Positions 21,486 to 31,937 of a stretch of 31,937 bases of DNA are shown piece after piece (position 1 is the stretch's first letter; the number at the start of each line of letters is the position of its first letter). Both the position numbers and the translations under genes were made by a program. Origin of the DNA: Octopus sinensis (Eukaryota); contig NW_021832508.1 of NCBI RefSeq assembly GCF_006345805.1, forward strand, positions 1 through 31,937, written 5' to 3'. Under the pieces are notes generated by a model. That model worked only from the letters and a program-made list of their open reading frames with translations. It made no database searches and was not told where the DNA came from.

Positions 21486-21699
21486 ATTTCATGCAAATAT
21501 ACTTGGAAGAATTATCTAGTAAGGGCGTTAATTCCCGATTGCAAGTTTAGAGATTGTATTATAGATTTTGCATGGAATTTACTTTCATTTTCTTCCTTAA
21601 TACTATGGACATTGCCAGGCATAATATCTGTAGCCACTGCAGCTGTTGTATGTCTCTGCTTTGGCAGCAATACCATAATTCTTTCGCCACTGTCTCTTA

Positions 21700-21915
21700 T
21701 TATTATTATAATAATAATAATGATAATAATATAATAATAATAATAATAATAATAATTCATATAATAATGAATAATAATAATAATAATATATAATAATAAT
21801 AATAATAAAATAATAATAATAATAATAATAATAATAAGATAATTAATAATAATAATGATAATAATAATAATATAATAATATAATAATAGTAATAATAATA
21901 ATAAAATTAATAATA
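21700..21915. repeat. Long (AAT)n microsatellite
   Basis: Directly visible. Confidence 0.95.
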
Positions 21916-21916
21916 A

Positions 21917-22050
21917 TGATGCATGTGCCTGGTTGTAATGAGCATGTGCCTGGGTGCCTTTATCAGACGGGTAGTCATGATGTGGTATATTGGGCTTCGT
22001 ATATTTTACCCCAGTGTCACTTTGATGGCATGAACTGCTCTCTCACTCAA
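21917..22050 (+). repeat. Second copy of the (AAT)n-tailed repeat seen at 1950-2080
   Basis: TATCAGACGGGTAGTCATGATG...TATTTTACCCCAGTGTCACTTTGATGG. Confidence 0.75.
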
Positions 22051-22052
22051 TG

Positions 22053-22120
<68 letters not shown>

Positions 22121-22129
22121 GTAATAATA

Positions 22130-22575
22130 ATAATAATGAAATTATTGTATACAGTGCTCAGGTGCACCACAACTTGCCAGAAAGTGCGTATAAAGTATAT
22201 GCAGTAATGTACAAATGTCTGGAAAGCGAACGATGTATGAGTCAGATACATGCTTGTGTGTGTATGGAGGGGAGGAAATCAGGTGTAGTGTTGGCGAATC
22301 TCAGAAAGCATGGAAGTTTTGAAGGATTCAGTGCTCCGACAACTAACAACTGATGCCGGCAGTTTGTTCCATGCTTCAGCAACTCTCAGCGTGAAAAAAT
22401 GTTTCCTAAAGTCATGGGAGCTGTGCTGTTTTCTGACTTTGTAATTGTGTCCACGGGTGTTAGACGGGTGGAGTTCGAAAAGGTGCTCAGTGTTATTGTT
22501 TGAAAGATGGTTGATAATTTTATGGGTGTCTGCCAAGTCAGCTGCCAGACGTCGGAGTTTCAATGTGTCCATAAG
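22130..22575 (-). mobile_element. 5'-truncated CR1/L2-clade LINE 3' end with (ATT)n tail
   Basis: The ORF 22279-22572 reads LKLRRLAADL..HKII..TRGHNYKVRK..DFRKHFFTLRVAEAWNKLPASVV..FK, the typical CR1/L2 ORF2 C-terminus. A ~150-bp 3' UTR and ATT repeats follow. Confidence 0.88.
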
Positions 22576-22754
22576 TTACGCGTTTTCTAAAGTTACGTGT
22601 TGGTGCCATTTCTCCGGGATCTAAACCACAGAATCTCAACCAATTTCTACCAATGAATCCCTGCCATTCCTATTTTACTTGGGTGGACCCTCAGAGCCAT
22701 TCCATGTTTAAAAATATCCCATTACATTTTCATAATTAAAGACTATTACGAATT

Positions 22755-23091
22755 GTAGGAGTGGTTGGGTGGTAAGTAGCTTGCTTACCAACCACATGGT
22801 TCCGGGTTCAGTCCCACTGCGTGGCACCTTGGGCAAGTATCTTCTACTATAGCCTCGGGCGGACCAAAGCCTTGTGAGCGGATTTGGTAGACGGAAACTG
22901 AAAGAAGCCCGTCGTATATATGTATGTATCTATGTGCGTGTGTGCTTGGCTGTGTTTGTCCCCCCACCACCTAATCACCGCTTGACAACCGGTGTTGGTG
23001 TGTTTACGTCCCCGCAATTTGGCAATTTGGCAAAAGAGAGCGGTAGTATAAGTACTAGGCTTAATATATATATATGTATATATATACATAC

Positions 23092-23123
<32 letters not shown>

Positions 23124-23350
23124 GTGCGTGTGTGTGTGCGTGTGTGTGTGTTTGTGTGTCTGTGTTTGTGTCTCCAACATCGCTTGACAACCGATGCTGT
23201 TGTGTTTACGTCCCCGTGACTTAGCAGTTCGGCAAAAGATAGAATACGTACTAGGCTTACAAAGAATAAGTCCTGGGGTCGATTTGCTCGACTAAAGGCG
23301 GTGCTCCGGCATGGCCACAGTCAAATGACTGAAACAAGTAAAAGAGTAAA
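22755..23350 (+). mobile_element. Complete composite SINE family B: head, microsatellite, partial tail, microsatellite, full tail
   Basis: Head 22755-22920 (B-box GGTTCAGTCC, TTGGGCAAGT). The tail module is duplicated at ~22930-23060 and ~23150-23350. Confidence 0.88.
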
Positions 23351-23427
23351 GGAGTAAAGAGAGAGAGTAAAATATTTGGTGTATTGTAGAAATATAACCA
23401 GTTAATTGCACATACAAAGAAATCTTA

Positions 23428-23470
23428 TATGGACCCCCAAAGGTCATGTAACCCTGGTTGAGAACCACTG
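23428..23470. mobile_element. Single terminus of a hAT (Charlie-like) MITE
   Basis: CCCTGGTTGAGAACCACTG is the reverse complement of a CAGTGGTTCTCAAC-type hAT terminus. The partner end was not found. Confidence 0.45.
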
Positions 23471-23505
23471 ACCTAAATAAAAGGGTCTATTGTATATTGT
23501 GTCTT

Positions 23506-23650
23506 TAGCGTAGCTAGAGTGTGTGCCGCTCGGGGCGGTCCTTACGTTTGCGCCCTCAGACCCCACAAAAACATATATTGCCTACAGCAGACCCCAAAAT
23601 GGTGCTCCTTTAAAAGTGCCGCCCCTACTTCCCCATTCCTAGCTACGCTA
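23506..23650. mobile_element. ~145-bp MITE with perfect 12-bp TIR TAGCGTAGCTAG
   Basis: TIRs at 23506-23517 and 23639-23650 enclose a GC-rich interior. The flanks share TGTGTC but give no clean TSD. Confidence 0.6.
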
Positions 23651-24196
23651 GTGTGTCGAGTTTTAAAATATTCTCGAAAAACCGATAGGAATTTATACGT
23701 GTTCTTAATAATTCTGTGTCTGTTCTTTATCTATACACAAACAAAAAGCTCAAAATTATGTTCCCGTCCAGTGATATCGAAAATAAGTGAGAAAAAGCAC
23801 TTTCTTCTTTTCTTTGCGTCAAAATCCATTCTCCCTTGACGGATGCTTACTCTGAACCCAGCAAAGTCTGCACTCTAAGACTGGATCTTCTCCTGGATTA
23901 GGAAATGCTTCTGTCCCCATGAACCGCTGCAAAGCTTAGTGACACTCAACGGTTTATTGTTCCCACATGTAGGAATGTGTGTTCCAATACACACAAACAT
24001 TACTTATTACATCTAGAAAAAGAATATTCGGTAGATTGCCATGAAATCACTCTCTCTCTCTATTCTCTCTCTCACACACACCACACCAACCCCTGACAAT
24101 AGGAGTCTTGTGTTCTACAGTTCTATATTTAAGAGATGAGGAATTATGTACATTATTTACATTTGACGGATATTTGTCCTCATCATGTTTGTTGTT

Positions 24197-24242
24197 AACA
24201 CAACGTTTCGGCTGATATGCCCACCAGCCTTCATCAGATGTC
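24197..24242 (-). ncRNA. Minimal type I hammerhead ribozyme with intact catalytic core, in a Penelope-pLTR-like repeat (~24125-24290)
   Basis: Minus strand: GACAT-CTGATGA-A-GGCTG-GTGGGCATAT-CAGCC-GAAA-CG-TT|GTGTT. Stem I is 5 bp with two G.U pairs, stem II is 5 bp, and stem III is the palindrome ACGT. Confidence 0.8.
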
Positions 24243-24288
24243 TTGGGGAAATTTCGAACCTGGGTTCTCATTTCTAAGGCATTTTTCG

Positions 24289-24481
<193 letters not shown>

Positions 24482-24565
24482 GAGGGCCAAATCCTCTCAC
24501 GCTCTCTCGTTTCACTCATTTATTCTTCTCTTATCACCCACAAACTCGGCACTAATTACTATATT

Positions 24566-24790
24566 TCTTTTACTCTTTTACTTCTTTCAATAATTTGAGT
24601 GTGGCCATGCTGGAACACCGCCTTAGAAAGTTTTTTAGTCGAAGAAATCGACCCAGGACTTATTCTTTGTAAGCCTAGTACTTACTCCATCGGTTACTTT
24701 TCCCGAATAGGTAAGTTAGGAGGATGTAAACACACCAACATCGGTTGTCAAGCGATGGTGCTGGAAAACACAGACACAAAGACACACACA
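24566..24790 (-). mobile_element. SINE family B tail module
   Basis: GGCCATGCTGGAACACCGCC...GGACTTATTCTTTGTAAGCCTAGTACTTA...CATCGGTTGTCAAGCG. Confidence 0.8.
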
Positions 24791-24932
24791 CACACACACA
24801 CACACACGCACGCACATAAATATACATACATACATATATACAGTTGGAATTTACAGAAAAACAAAAGACGAAGTCAGATGGATATATATATATATATATC
24901 CATCTGACTTCGTTTTTTGTTTTTGTTTTTGT

Positions 24933-25003
<71 letters not shown>

Positions 25004-25720
25004 ATAGTATATATATACACATATATATATACACGTGTTCGTGCGTTGTGTGTTTGTGGGACGAGCATTAGTGTGTATATAGATGTATATGTGAACGACC
25101 ACGTATATGTCCGTATAGGCCGATTCGTAAAGGTCAGCTAAGGACAATCGCTTGTGTAACCAACCATGTAGAACAAACCAACAGTACAAAGGAACCAAAT
25201 GCTAATCCCTTTGAAACGGCAACCACTTAAACAGTAGCAGAATCATCATCCCACAACATCTACACATTCAAAGCAGTTTGCCAGCGGTCCTTTAGCAACA
25301 ACACACCTCGATAAACTCAGTGACTACTTCTAAATTCAGGCTACGATAGACAGAGAGGATGTTCTTGAAGCAGAGAATGTGAACATAGTGAAACAATATT
25401 TACATATCGCCTGAGGAAACACAACTAGATCTCAAAATGCAGGGAAACGGTCGCAAAGTCAAGTACCTGCACTCCTGGAGAACTACGTTGCGTGGAAACA
25501 ATTGTAGTGATTAAAATATAAGTGTCCAGACGTACTCCTAACTTATTGACTCCATTTTTTTCAATTACCCATTCTCACACGACAGATGCTCAAACGCAAA
25601 CATGGGGGTACGAATACTACTACTACTGGACAGCACAAATTGAAATCTGAAGGTAGATGAGCTTTATACTCTACTCTAGTACGTTCTTAACAGAATCCAG
25701 AATATATATATATATATATA

Positions 25721-25762
<42 letters not shown>

Positions 25763-25781
25763 CATGTATATACATATATAT

Positions 25782-25931
25782 ATATGATGGGGTTCTTCTA
25801 GTTCCGTCTACCAAATCCACCCGTAAGGCTTTGTTTGGCCGAAGGCTATAGTAGAAGACACTTGCCCAAGGTACCACGCAGTGGGACTGAACCCATAACC
25901 ATGCTACTTACCACGCAGCCACTCCTGCGCC
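25782..25931 (-). mobile_element. SINE family B head with internal deletion
   Basis: TTCCGTCTACCAAATCCAC...ATAGTAGAAGACACTTGCCCAAGGTACCACGCAGTGGGACTGAACCC...CTTACCACGCAGCCACTCC. Confidence 0.8.
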
Positions 25932-25994
25932 TATATATAAATAATATATATATATATATATATAAAATAATATGCTACAATTACTCAATAGTCA

Positions 25995-26057
25995 AGATAA
26001 AACTCTGAGTTTCAGATGCCGAAGTGGAAATCCACAACACCATCTCTTCGGTTATCT
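25995..26057 (-). ncRNA. Type I hammerhead-like motif (U4C, one extra U before GAAA)
   Basis: Minus strand: AGATAA-CCGAAGA-GATG-[GTGGA-TT-TCCAC hairpin]-CATC-T-GAA-ACTC-A-GAGT-T|TTATCT. Stem I is a perfect 6 bp and stem III is near-palindromic. Confidence 0.6.
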
Positions 26058-26519
26058 GGCCATCTGAAAAAACGCTATGAAAAAATACCGTTATATAAAG
26101 GGAAAATACTGTGTTATAATTATGCTACTTATATAAAAGAAGATTAAAATTTCATAGTCCAGTCATACGCTCACATGTGCGCTCGCGGACCCACGTGCGT
26201 ACTTATACGTCACTATGAAAACGTACACATCTTCACTCGCATTTTCGCAAAATATATACCGCATATATATAACAAACTCATACACACACAAATGCGTACC
26301 GTAAAAGTTCATACATACGTCTATATACGCACAAGCACAAGAAAAACCATGGTTAAACGTAACAGAAAAAAACATAAGGAAGTATACAAAGCATAAAAAC
26401 CACGTTCATATACTGACATGCCCTTATGCACTCATACACACACGCCCATATATGTACATAGCCGCACATGTTTATATACGCATACACACACGCGCATATA
26501 CGAAAAATGAATATATTGT

Positions 26520-27260
26520 TGTGGTTTTTGTGTGTTATGTTTGATTATATTTTTAAAATTGGTAGTTGAACTAAAACTAATTTTTAAATTGTGTTTATTG
26601 AAGAGTTTCCTATAAGTATGGTTCACTGGAAAATGTCTATCTATCAGTGTTAAGAAATATTTACTATATTGAAGGTCACCTCGGTTGAGTAAGGGTGTAA
26701 ACCAGATGATCTTCCTATTTCTATTTTTCCTCTTTCTTTACTGTTGGGCTAGTAACAGGTGTATATTTTATTTTTTCGCTAAAACCACTATCTTTTAAAG
26801 CCTTATTATAAACTGGGGCAACGCTATTAAAAATGTCCTTATTGGAGGAGAGGCTAGAAATCTCTTACTAATATTTTTAACTAAATTTTGAATACTATAG
26901 GGGGATGGCATGAACCTACATTAATATAACTAAGTCTATCATTGGGCTTCCTATAAGGCTTATAAATATTCTTATTTAGATCTAAGGAAACGTCTAGGAA
27001 ATTGACAACCGTCAGGTTAGTATCTATTGTTATACTAAGTCCGAAGTATTTCCTTAATTGGATAATATCCTTCCTAAAACGATCCTGTGCTGGTCTATTT
27101 GTATTAGCGGTTAAAGCGAGGGCATCATCTTTGTAGATGGCGAAATATACGTCAGGAAATGTCTTACCTAAAGTATCTAAGAGAAAAAATCCAATAAGAT
27201 CGCAAATGCCTGCTCCATCATATGACCCCATGCTCACATCGAAAGTACCCTCTGTGTCGG
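26520..27260 (-). pseudogene. Penelope-like element reverse transcriptase fragment (RT core, thumb and linker), frameshifted
   Basis: FDVSMGSYDGAGICDLIG..IYKDDAL..GLSITI..VNFLDVSLDL..YKPYRKPN..YINVGSCHPP. After frameshifts it continues SNKDIFNSVAPVYNKALKDSGF and RKIIWF..LTLIDRHFP..KLFNKHNLKISFS. No GIY-YIG domain was seen. Confidence 0.9.
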
Positions 27261-27267
27261 TATATAA

Positions 27268-27470
27268 GGCGACGAGCTGGCAGAAACGTTAGCACGCTGG
27301 GTGAAATGCGTAGCCGTATTTCGTCTGCCGTTACGTTCTGGGTTCAAATTCCGCCGAGGTCGACTTTGCCTTTCATTCTTTCGGGGTCGATAAATTAAGT
27401 ACCAGTTACGCACTGGGTTCTGTCTTTGTTTGTCCCCTCTGTGTTTAGCCCCTTGTGGGTTGTAAAGAAA
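27268..27470 (+). mobile_element. SINE family A copy with small internal deletion, abutting the PLE fragment
   Basis: GGCGACGAGCTGGCAGAAACGTTAGCACG...GGGTTCAAATTCCGCCGAGGTCGACTTTGCC...TTTAGCCCCTTGTGGG. Confidence 0.88.
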
Positions 27471-28720
27471 TATATATATATATATATATAACACATACAC
27501 ACACATACACACACACACACACACACCACACACACATATTATATATATATATATATAAATGTAAGAACTTACTGTGGACAACGCTGCGCATAATATATAA
27601 TATACATTATATATAATATAATATAATATATATATACACACACACAGATATTTACACTTACATACACACATATGTATATGTATACATACAGATATCCATA
27701 TCAATACACTTCCCCATCGCTCCATGTTTTACATACCTTCTTACAAAGAAGCCGAGAAACTGACAGACAGATAAACCGTCATAAAATGCATCCTTCATCA
27801 CGTTTGGCTGCTGGTTGAATCAGAGTATCAGGGCGGTCTACAATAATTCGACGCGCAGCACAAAACACTTACTGTTACAACATCCACTTATAAATGCTCT
27901 ACCTAGAAAACAGATACGATAGTAACTCTCGGATCCGAACAAATACAAACATAGACCGAAGCACGAAAAATAAAATGGCGGAAAATGTATGTATCTTGTA
28001 TCTTGTTAATCGCTTTATCTAGGCACCCATCTATCTTACACTGGCCTCTCTGCTTTTATCTATATATATATAAATATATAGTCAGCCATACATGTGTATA
28101 TACATACATACATACATACATACATACATACAAGTGATTATTTCAGGAATTTCAAACATTTTGTAGAGAAATGTATTTGATGGTGATTGTACACGTTGCG
28201 TATATGTGTGTGTGTTTGTGTGTGTGTGTGTGTGCGTGTGTGTGTGTGTGCGTGTGTGTGTGTATGTGCGTGTGTGTGTGTGTGTGCGTTTATACGTTTA
28301 TATGTATGTGTGTGTGAATATTAAAATTATGCCTATAAGATATAAACAGCCCCCACACTTATATATATATACATACGTAAATATACATTCACGTTTAAAC
28401 TCATATATATTATATATTTATACACACACACACTCTCTGTCTTTCTTACACACACATATATGTCTATATACATACAATCGCATACACACACACAGACACA
28501 CACATATATACACATACATACTTTATGTTGTAGTTTTGGAATTTCAAAAACTTCATAAGGAAATGTATTTGTGATTTTTCATGTTGTGTGTGCGTGTGTA
28601 TGTGTGTATGTTGTATGTGTGTATGTGTGGTTGTGCGTGTGTGCATGTATAAATTTATAAAACCTTATGGAAACTATGAATATATATAACTGTAGTATAT
28701 ATATATACTATATATTATTA

Positions 28721-28814
<94 letters not shown>

Positions 28815-28817
28815 AAT

Positions 28818-28850
<33 letters not shown>

Positions 28851-28855
<5 letters not shown>

Positions 28856-29622
28856 AGTAATCCGAAAAGTAAGGTCTCCAAAGCGCTGGGGACGCAGTGA
28901 AACTGTACGTACGGTTATTGGTAAAACTGTTGTGTTTGTTGCGCATGCGCCTGCGCCTACTCCTGCCTTCGCCTCGCTGCCATGCTCAGTCTTGGCTTGG
29001 CAGTCGTATCTGATGGAGCTCCCAATTGATGCTACCGCCAAGTCTGATGTTCGTGCAGCTATTCGGCTTTTGAACGCAAAGGGCATTAAACCGATTGAAA
29101 TTCCTCACCAATTAACGGAAGTGTATGGCAAGTCGTGCATGGATATCAAAAATGTTCGCAAGTGGTGCAGAGATTTTGTAGTTGGCCATACTGAAATTCA
29201 TCTCGAAGACAGAAGTGGGCGACCATCAATTTCCGACGAGACAGTCGAGATGGTTGAGCAAATCCTGCGTGAAAATCGGCGGATAACTCTGGATGATCTC
29301 CGCATTTTGGTTCCTGAGGTTTCCCGAAGCACCATTCATAGGGCCTTGAGTGAAAAGTTGCAATATCAGAAGGTGTGCGCAAGATGGGTCCCACGAATGC
29401 TCACAGAAAAGCCATAAACTGCAACCCACCTTATAGTCGGGACTTGGTACCCAGTAACTACCACCTGTTCCCTAAGTTGAAAGAACCTTTGGTCGGTTTG
29501 AGGTGAAAGATGGGGTTCAACGCTTCCTCAACGATATGGCGGTGAGCTGGTATGACAGGGGCATGCAAAAACTGCCCTAGCGCCTACATACGAACATGCT
29601 TATTTTGAAATGACTTCAGCAT
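28851..29622 (+). mobile_element. Internally deleted mariner element retaining the N-terminal HTH region
   Basis: The ORF from ATG 29013 to stop 29417 reads VRAAIRLLNAKG..EVYG..VRKWC..EDRSGRP..RRIT..KVCARWVPRML. From 29426 comes PPYSRDLVPSNYHLFPKLKE. Degenerate TIR-like ends lie at ~28851-28878 and ~29597-29622. Confidence 0.85.
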
Positions 29623-30094
29623 CGTGTACCATTGATTTGAGGTTGCATGCTTGAACTAATGGAAAGATTCTGTATTTCTGCATCTGTGATCTGCAATGAT
29701 GGAGTCACAGCAATAATTTACTTGACAGAACGTCTATTGAATATCTTTCTAGAGAAGAAAATGATGACAGCAAAGATTAAGCTTTGTAGAGTAATTTTTT
29801 CTGAACTTTAAAACCTTATTTGTTATCCATCCATCCATCAATCAATCCATCCATCCATCAATCCATCCATCCATTCATCCATCCATACACGCGCATATTA
29901 TATACATCCTACGTCTACGCATTTGTTATTCTTTCATAATATGTGTGGATATAGACATGTAAAACATGTCGCTTAAAAACAAGAGCACATATAAATCAGA
30001 CATACACGAAAAATAAACGTGCTTAAAATACAGGCATAAACACGTGTAAACGTCGCATATGTATGTATATAAGTATGCAATATATACGCCCAAG

Positions 30095-30138
<44 letters not shown>

Positions 30139-30607
30139 TTTTTATGCTTGTATGTATTTTTGTAATTATGTATGCACACACATACACACTCACTCATTCC
30201 TTAACACACACGCATGCACACACACACACACACATCCGCGTACGCGCTCATGTATATTTATGTAGTATATTATATTTATGTACGTACGTACGTTTGTATT
30301 TGATAATAACAACTGTGCTCCCATTTGAAGATCGTCAAAAAGGTTTTTTTTTTTAATGTTTCCAAATTAGTTCAGTATGTTCTCCGTGGAACAATACATT
30401 TTCTATGTCCATGCCCACTGCAAGGCTTTCTCCATCTTATCTCCTTGACTTAAATGCTTTGCAGCAGTTGTTTTGGCGACAAAAGTACATAACACACCAA
30501 TATATTCAAACCTGATGACAGTAACACACGTCAACCTGTAATAACAAAATATAAACTTGTACGAGTTTGAATGGTATGAATTAAGTTCTAGATTACTGTT
30601 ACGTTTT

Positions 30608-30910
30608 AAGAAAATTATTTCTTTATTAAATTGTATTTATTATTATATTTATAATATAAAATTCTTGTAAGGTGTTTTAGGAAAATTATCTTATTTTAAA
30701 TATTTATCAAGAAAATTATTTCTTTATTAAATTGTATTTATTATTATATTTATAATATAAAATTCTCGTAAGGTGTTTTAGGAAAATTATCTTATTTTAA
30801 ATATTTATCAAGAAAATTATTTCTTTATTAAATTGTATTTATTATTATAGTTATAATATAAAATTCTTGTAATGTGTTTTAAGAAAATTATCGTATTTTA
30901 AATATTTATA
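30608..30910. repeat. AT-rich minisatellite, 3 x 101 bp
   Basis: AAGAAAATTATTTCTTTATTAAATTG starts at 30608, 30709 and 30810. Confidence 0.92.
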
Positions 30911-31403
30911 ATTATATTAAAAATAGTAAATTATCTTAAATTACATTTGTCATTATATTTTGACTACCATCATATTTTAAACTAGCTGGGCAATTTTTAC
31001 AATAGAATGTCTCATATAAATTTTTGTTTATTCCATGTCAGACCATTCCTTCCCTGACAAATAGACCCCTTGATCAGGACAAATTTGTGCAATTTTTCGC
31101 AAAAAAACTCCCAACTTCGTTGAGGATTTTCCCCCTTTTCAATTATTTCGACCGTTTTATATGACTTTATTTATTAAAACTTATCAAAACTTCAAAAGTT
31201 GTGACGACTTCGTTCGTTGTAATGCTTTGCTTTTGTTTGTTTAATAAAAATTTCTCCTCGTAATGATTTTGCCTTCATTTTGTGAAAGACAGCTATCATG
31301 CAGAAAATGCCAGCTTCCAAATCCTGTTTTCTGATTACGTAAAATTGATTAAACTTTAAACCTCAGTAACATTTTTCTGCAATTTTTCTAGAACAAATAT
31401 ATA

Positions 31404-31700
31404 ACAAAATCGGATTTAACATGGAAAAATATTTTAATATACCAGATTTGAAAATTTTGACGTAATTTAAAAATTTCACAATATGTGATAGCAATAGGGA
31501 TGACCCTACAAAAGTAGAAAGACAGTGATAGCACGTGACACACACACACATACAAACACGCACACGCACACACGCACACACGCACACACACACACACATA
31601 CACACACACATGTAGACATTTAAAAACGTATACACAGGTAATCACGAGTTTAAAATGGTGTACAGTAGTCATGTATGTATGCATGTATATATGTAAGTAT
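31404..31700. repeat. Unclassified interspersed repeat, copy 2, followed by (TATG)n
   Basis: Homologous to 6985-7270. Confidence 0.8.
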
Positions 31701-31937
31701 GTATGTATGTGTATATGTGTGTATATGTATGCATGTATGCATGTATGTATGTATGTATGTATGTATGTATGTATGTATGTATGTATGTATGTATAACAGC
31801 CCTTCTTGTCTTGTTATTCTCCTTGTCCTGTCTTTTACTGTTTATATTTTGTACTGTCGTTACTGTCCTGTTTTTGTTACCATTTTTACCCCTCTGCGAA
31901 AAGATCTCAAATTTTATTTAATTTGCTTTTCGCAGGA

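Noticed and set aside
19907-21550. Long ORFs up to 301 aa (MYVCMYVC...) and similar YI/HT/CV ORFs across the window
   Set aside because: They are translations of stop-free microsatellites with no protein-like complexity.
23519-23839. 106-aa plus-strand ORF
   Set aside because: It begins inside a MITE, has a non-ATG start and shows no domain signature.
27234-27725. 163-aa minus-strand ORF
   Set aside because: It is composed of microsatellite plus an antisense SINE.
30512-30518. CTGATGA followed by CAG...CTG
   Set aside because: No GAAA after the stem.
30370-30520. Short unique open frames with possible acceptors
   Set aside because: They are under 50 codons with no recognisable homology.

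Overview
This is AT-rich, microsatellite-saturated eukaryotic DNA, most likely from an octopus or other coleoid cephalopod. That call is an inference from recalled tRNA-derived SINE families and the repeat landscape. No intact host protein-coding gene can be supported, and almost all supplied ORFs are microsatellite artefacts. The recognisable coding remnants are all transposon-derived: two internally deleted mariner elements, a Penelope-like RT fragment, two RLE-type non-LTR fragments and a CR1/L2 3' end. Non-coding mobile DNA includes four tRNA-SINE families, two copies of a GG-terminal MITE with 8-bp TSDs and internal TTAGGG repeats, Helitron-like elements and other small MITEs. The most notable signal is a set of minimal type I hammerhead-ribozyme motifs with palindromic stem III in at least four unrelated non-coding repeats (8467-8556, 10695-10729, 24197-24242, 25995-26057), plus decayed remnants. 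One lies downstream of the Penelope-like RT on the same strand. All structures were read by eye; no folding, alignment or database search was run.
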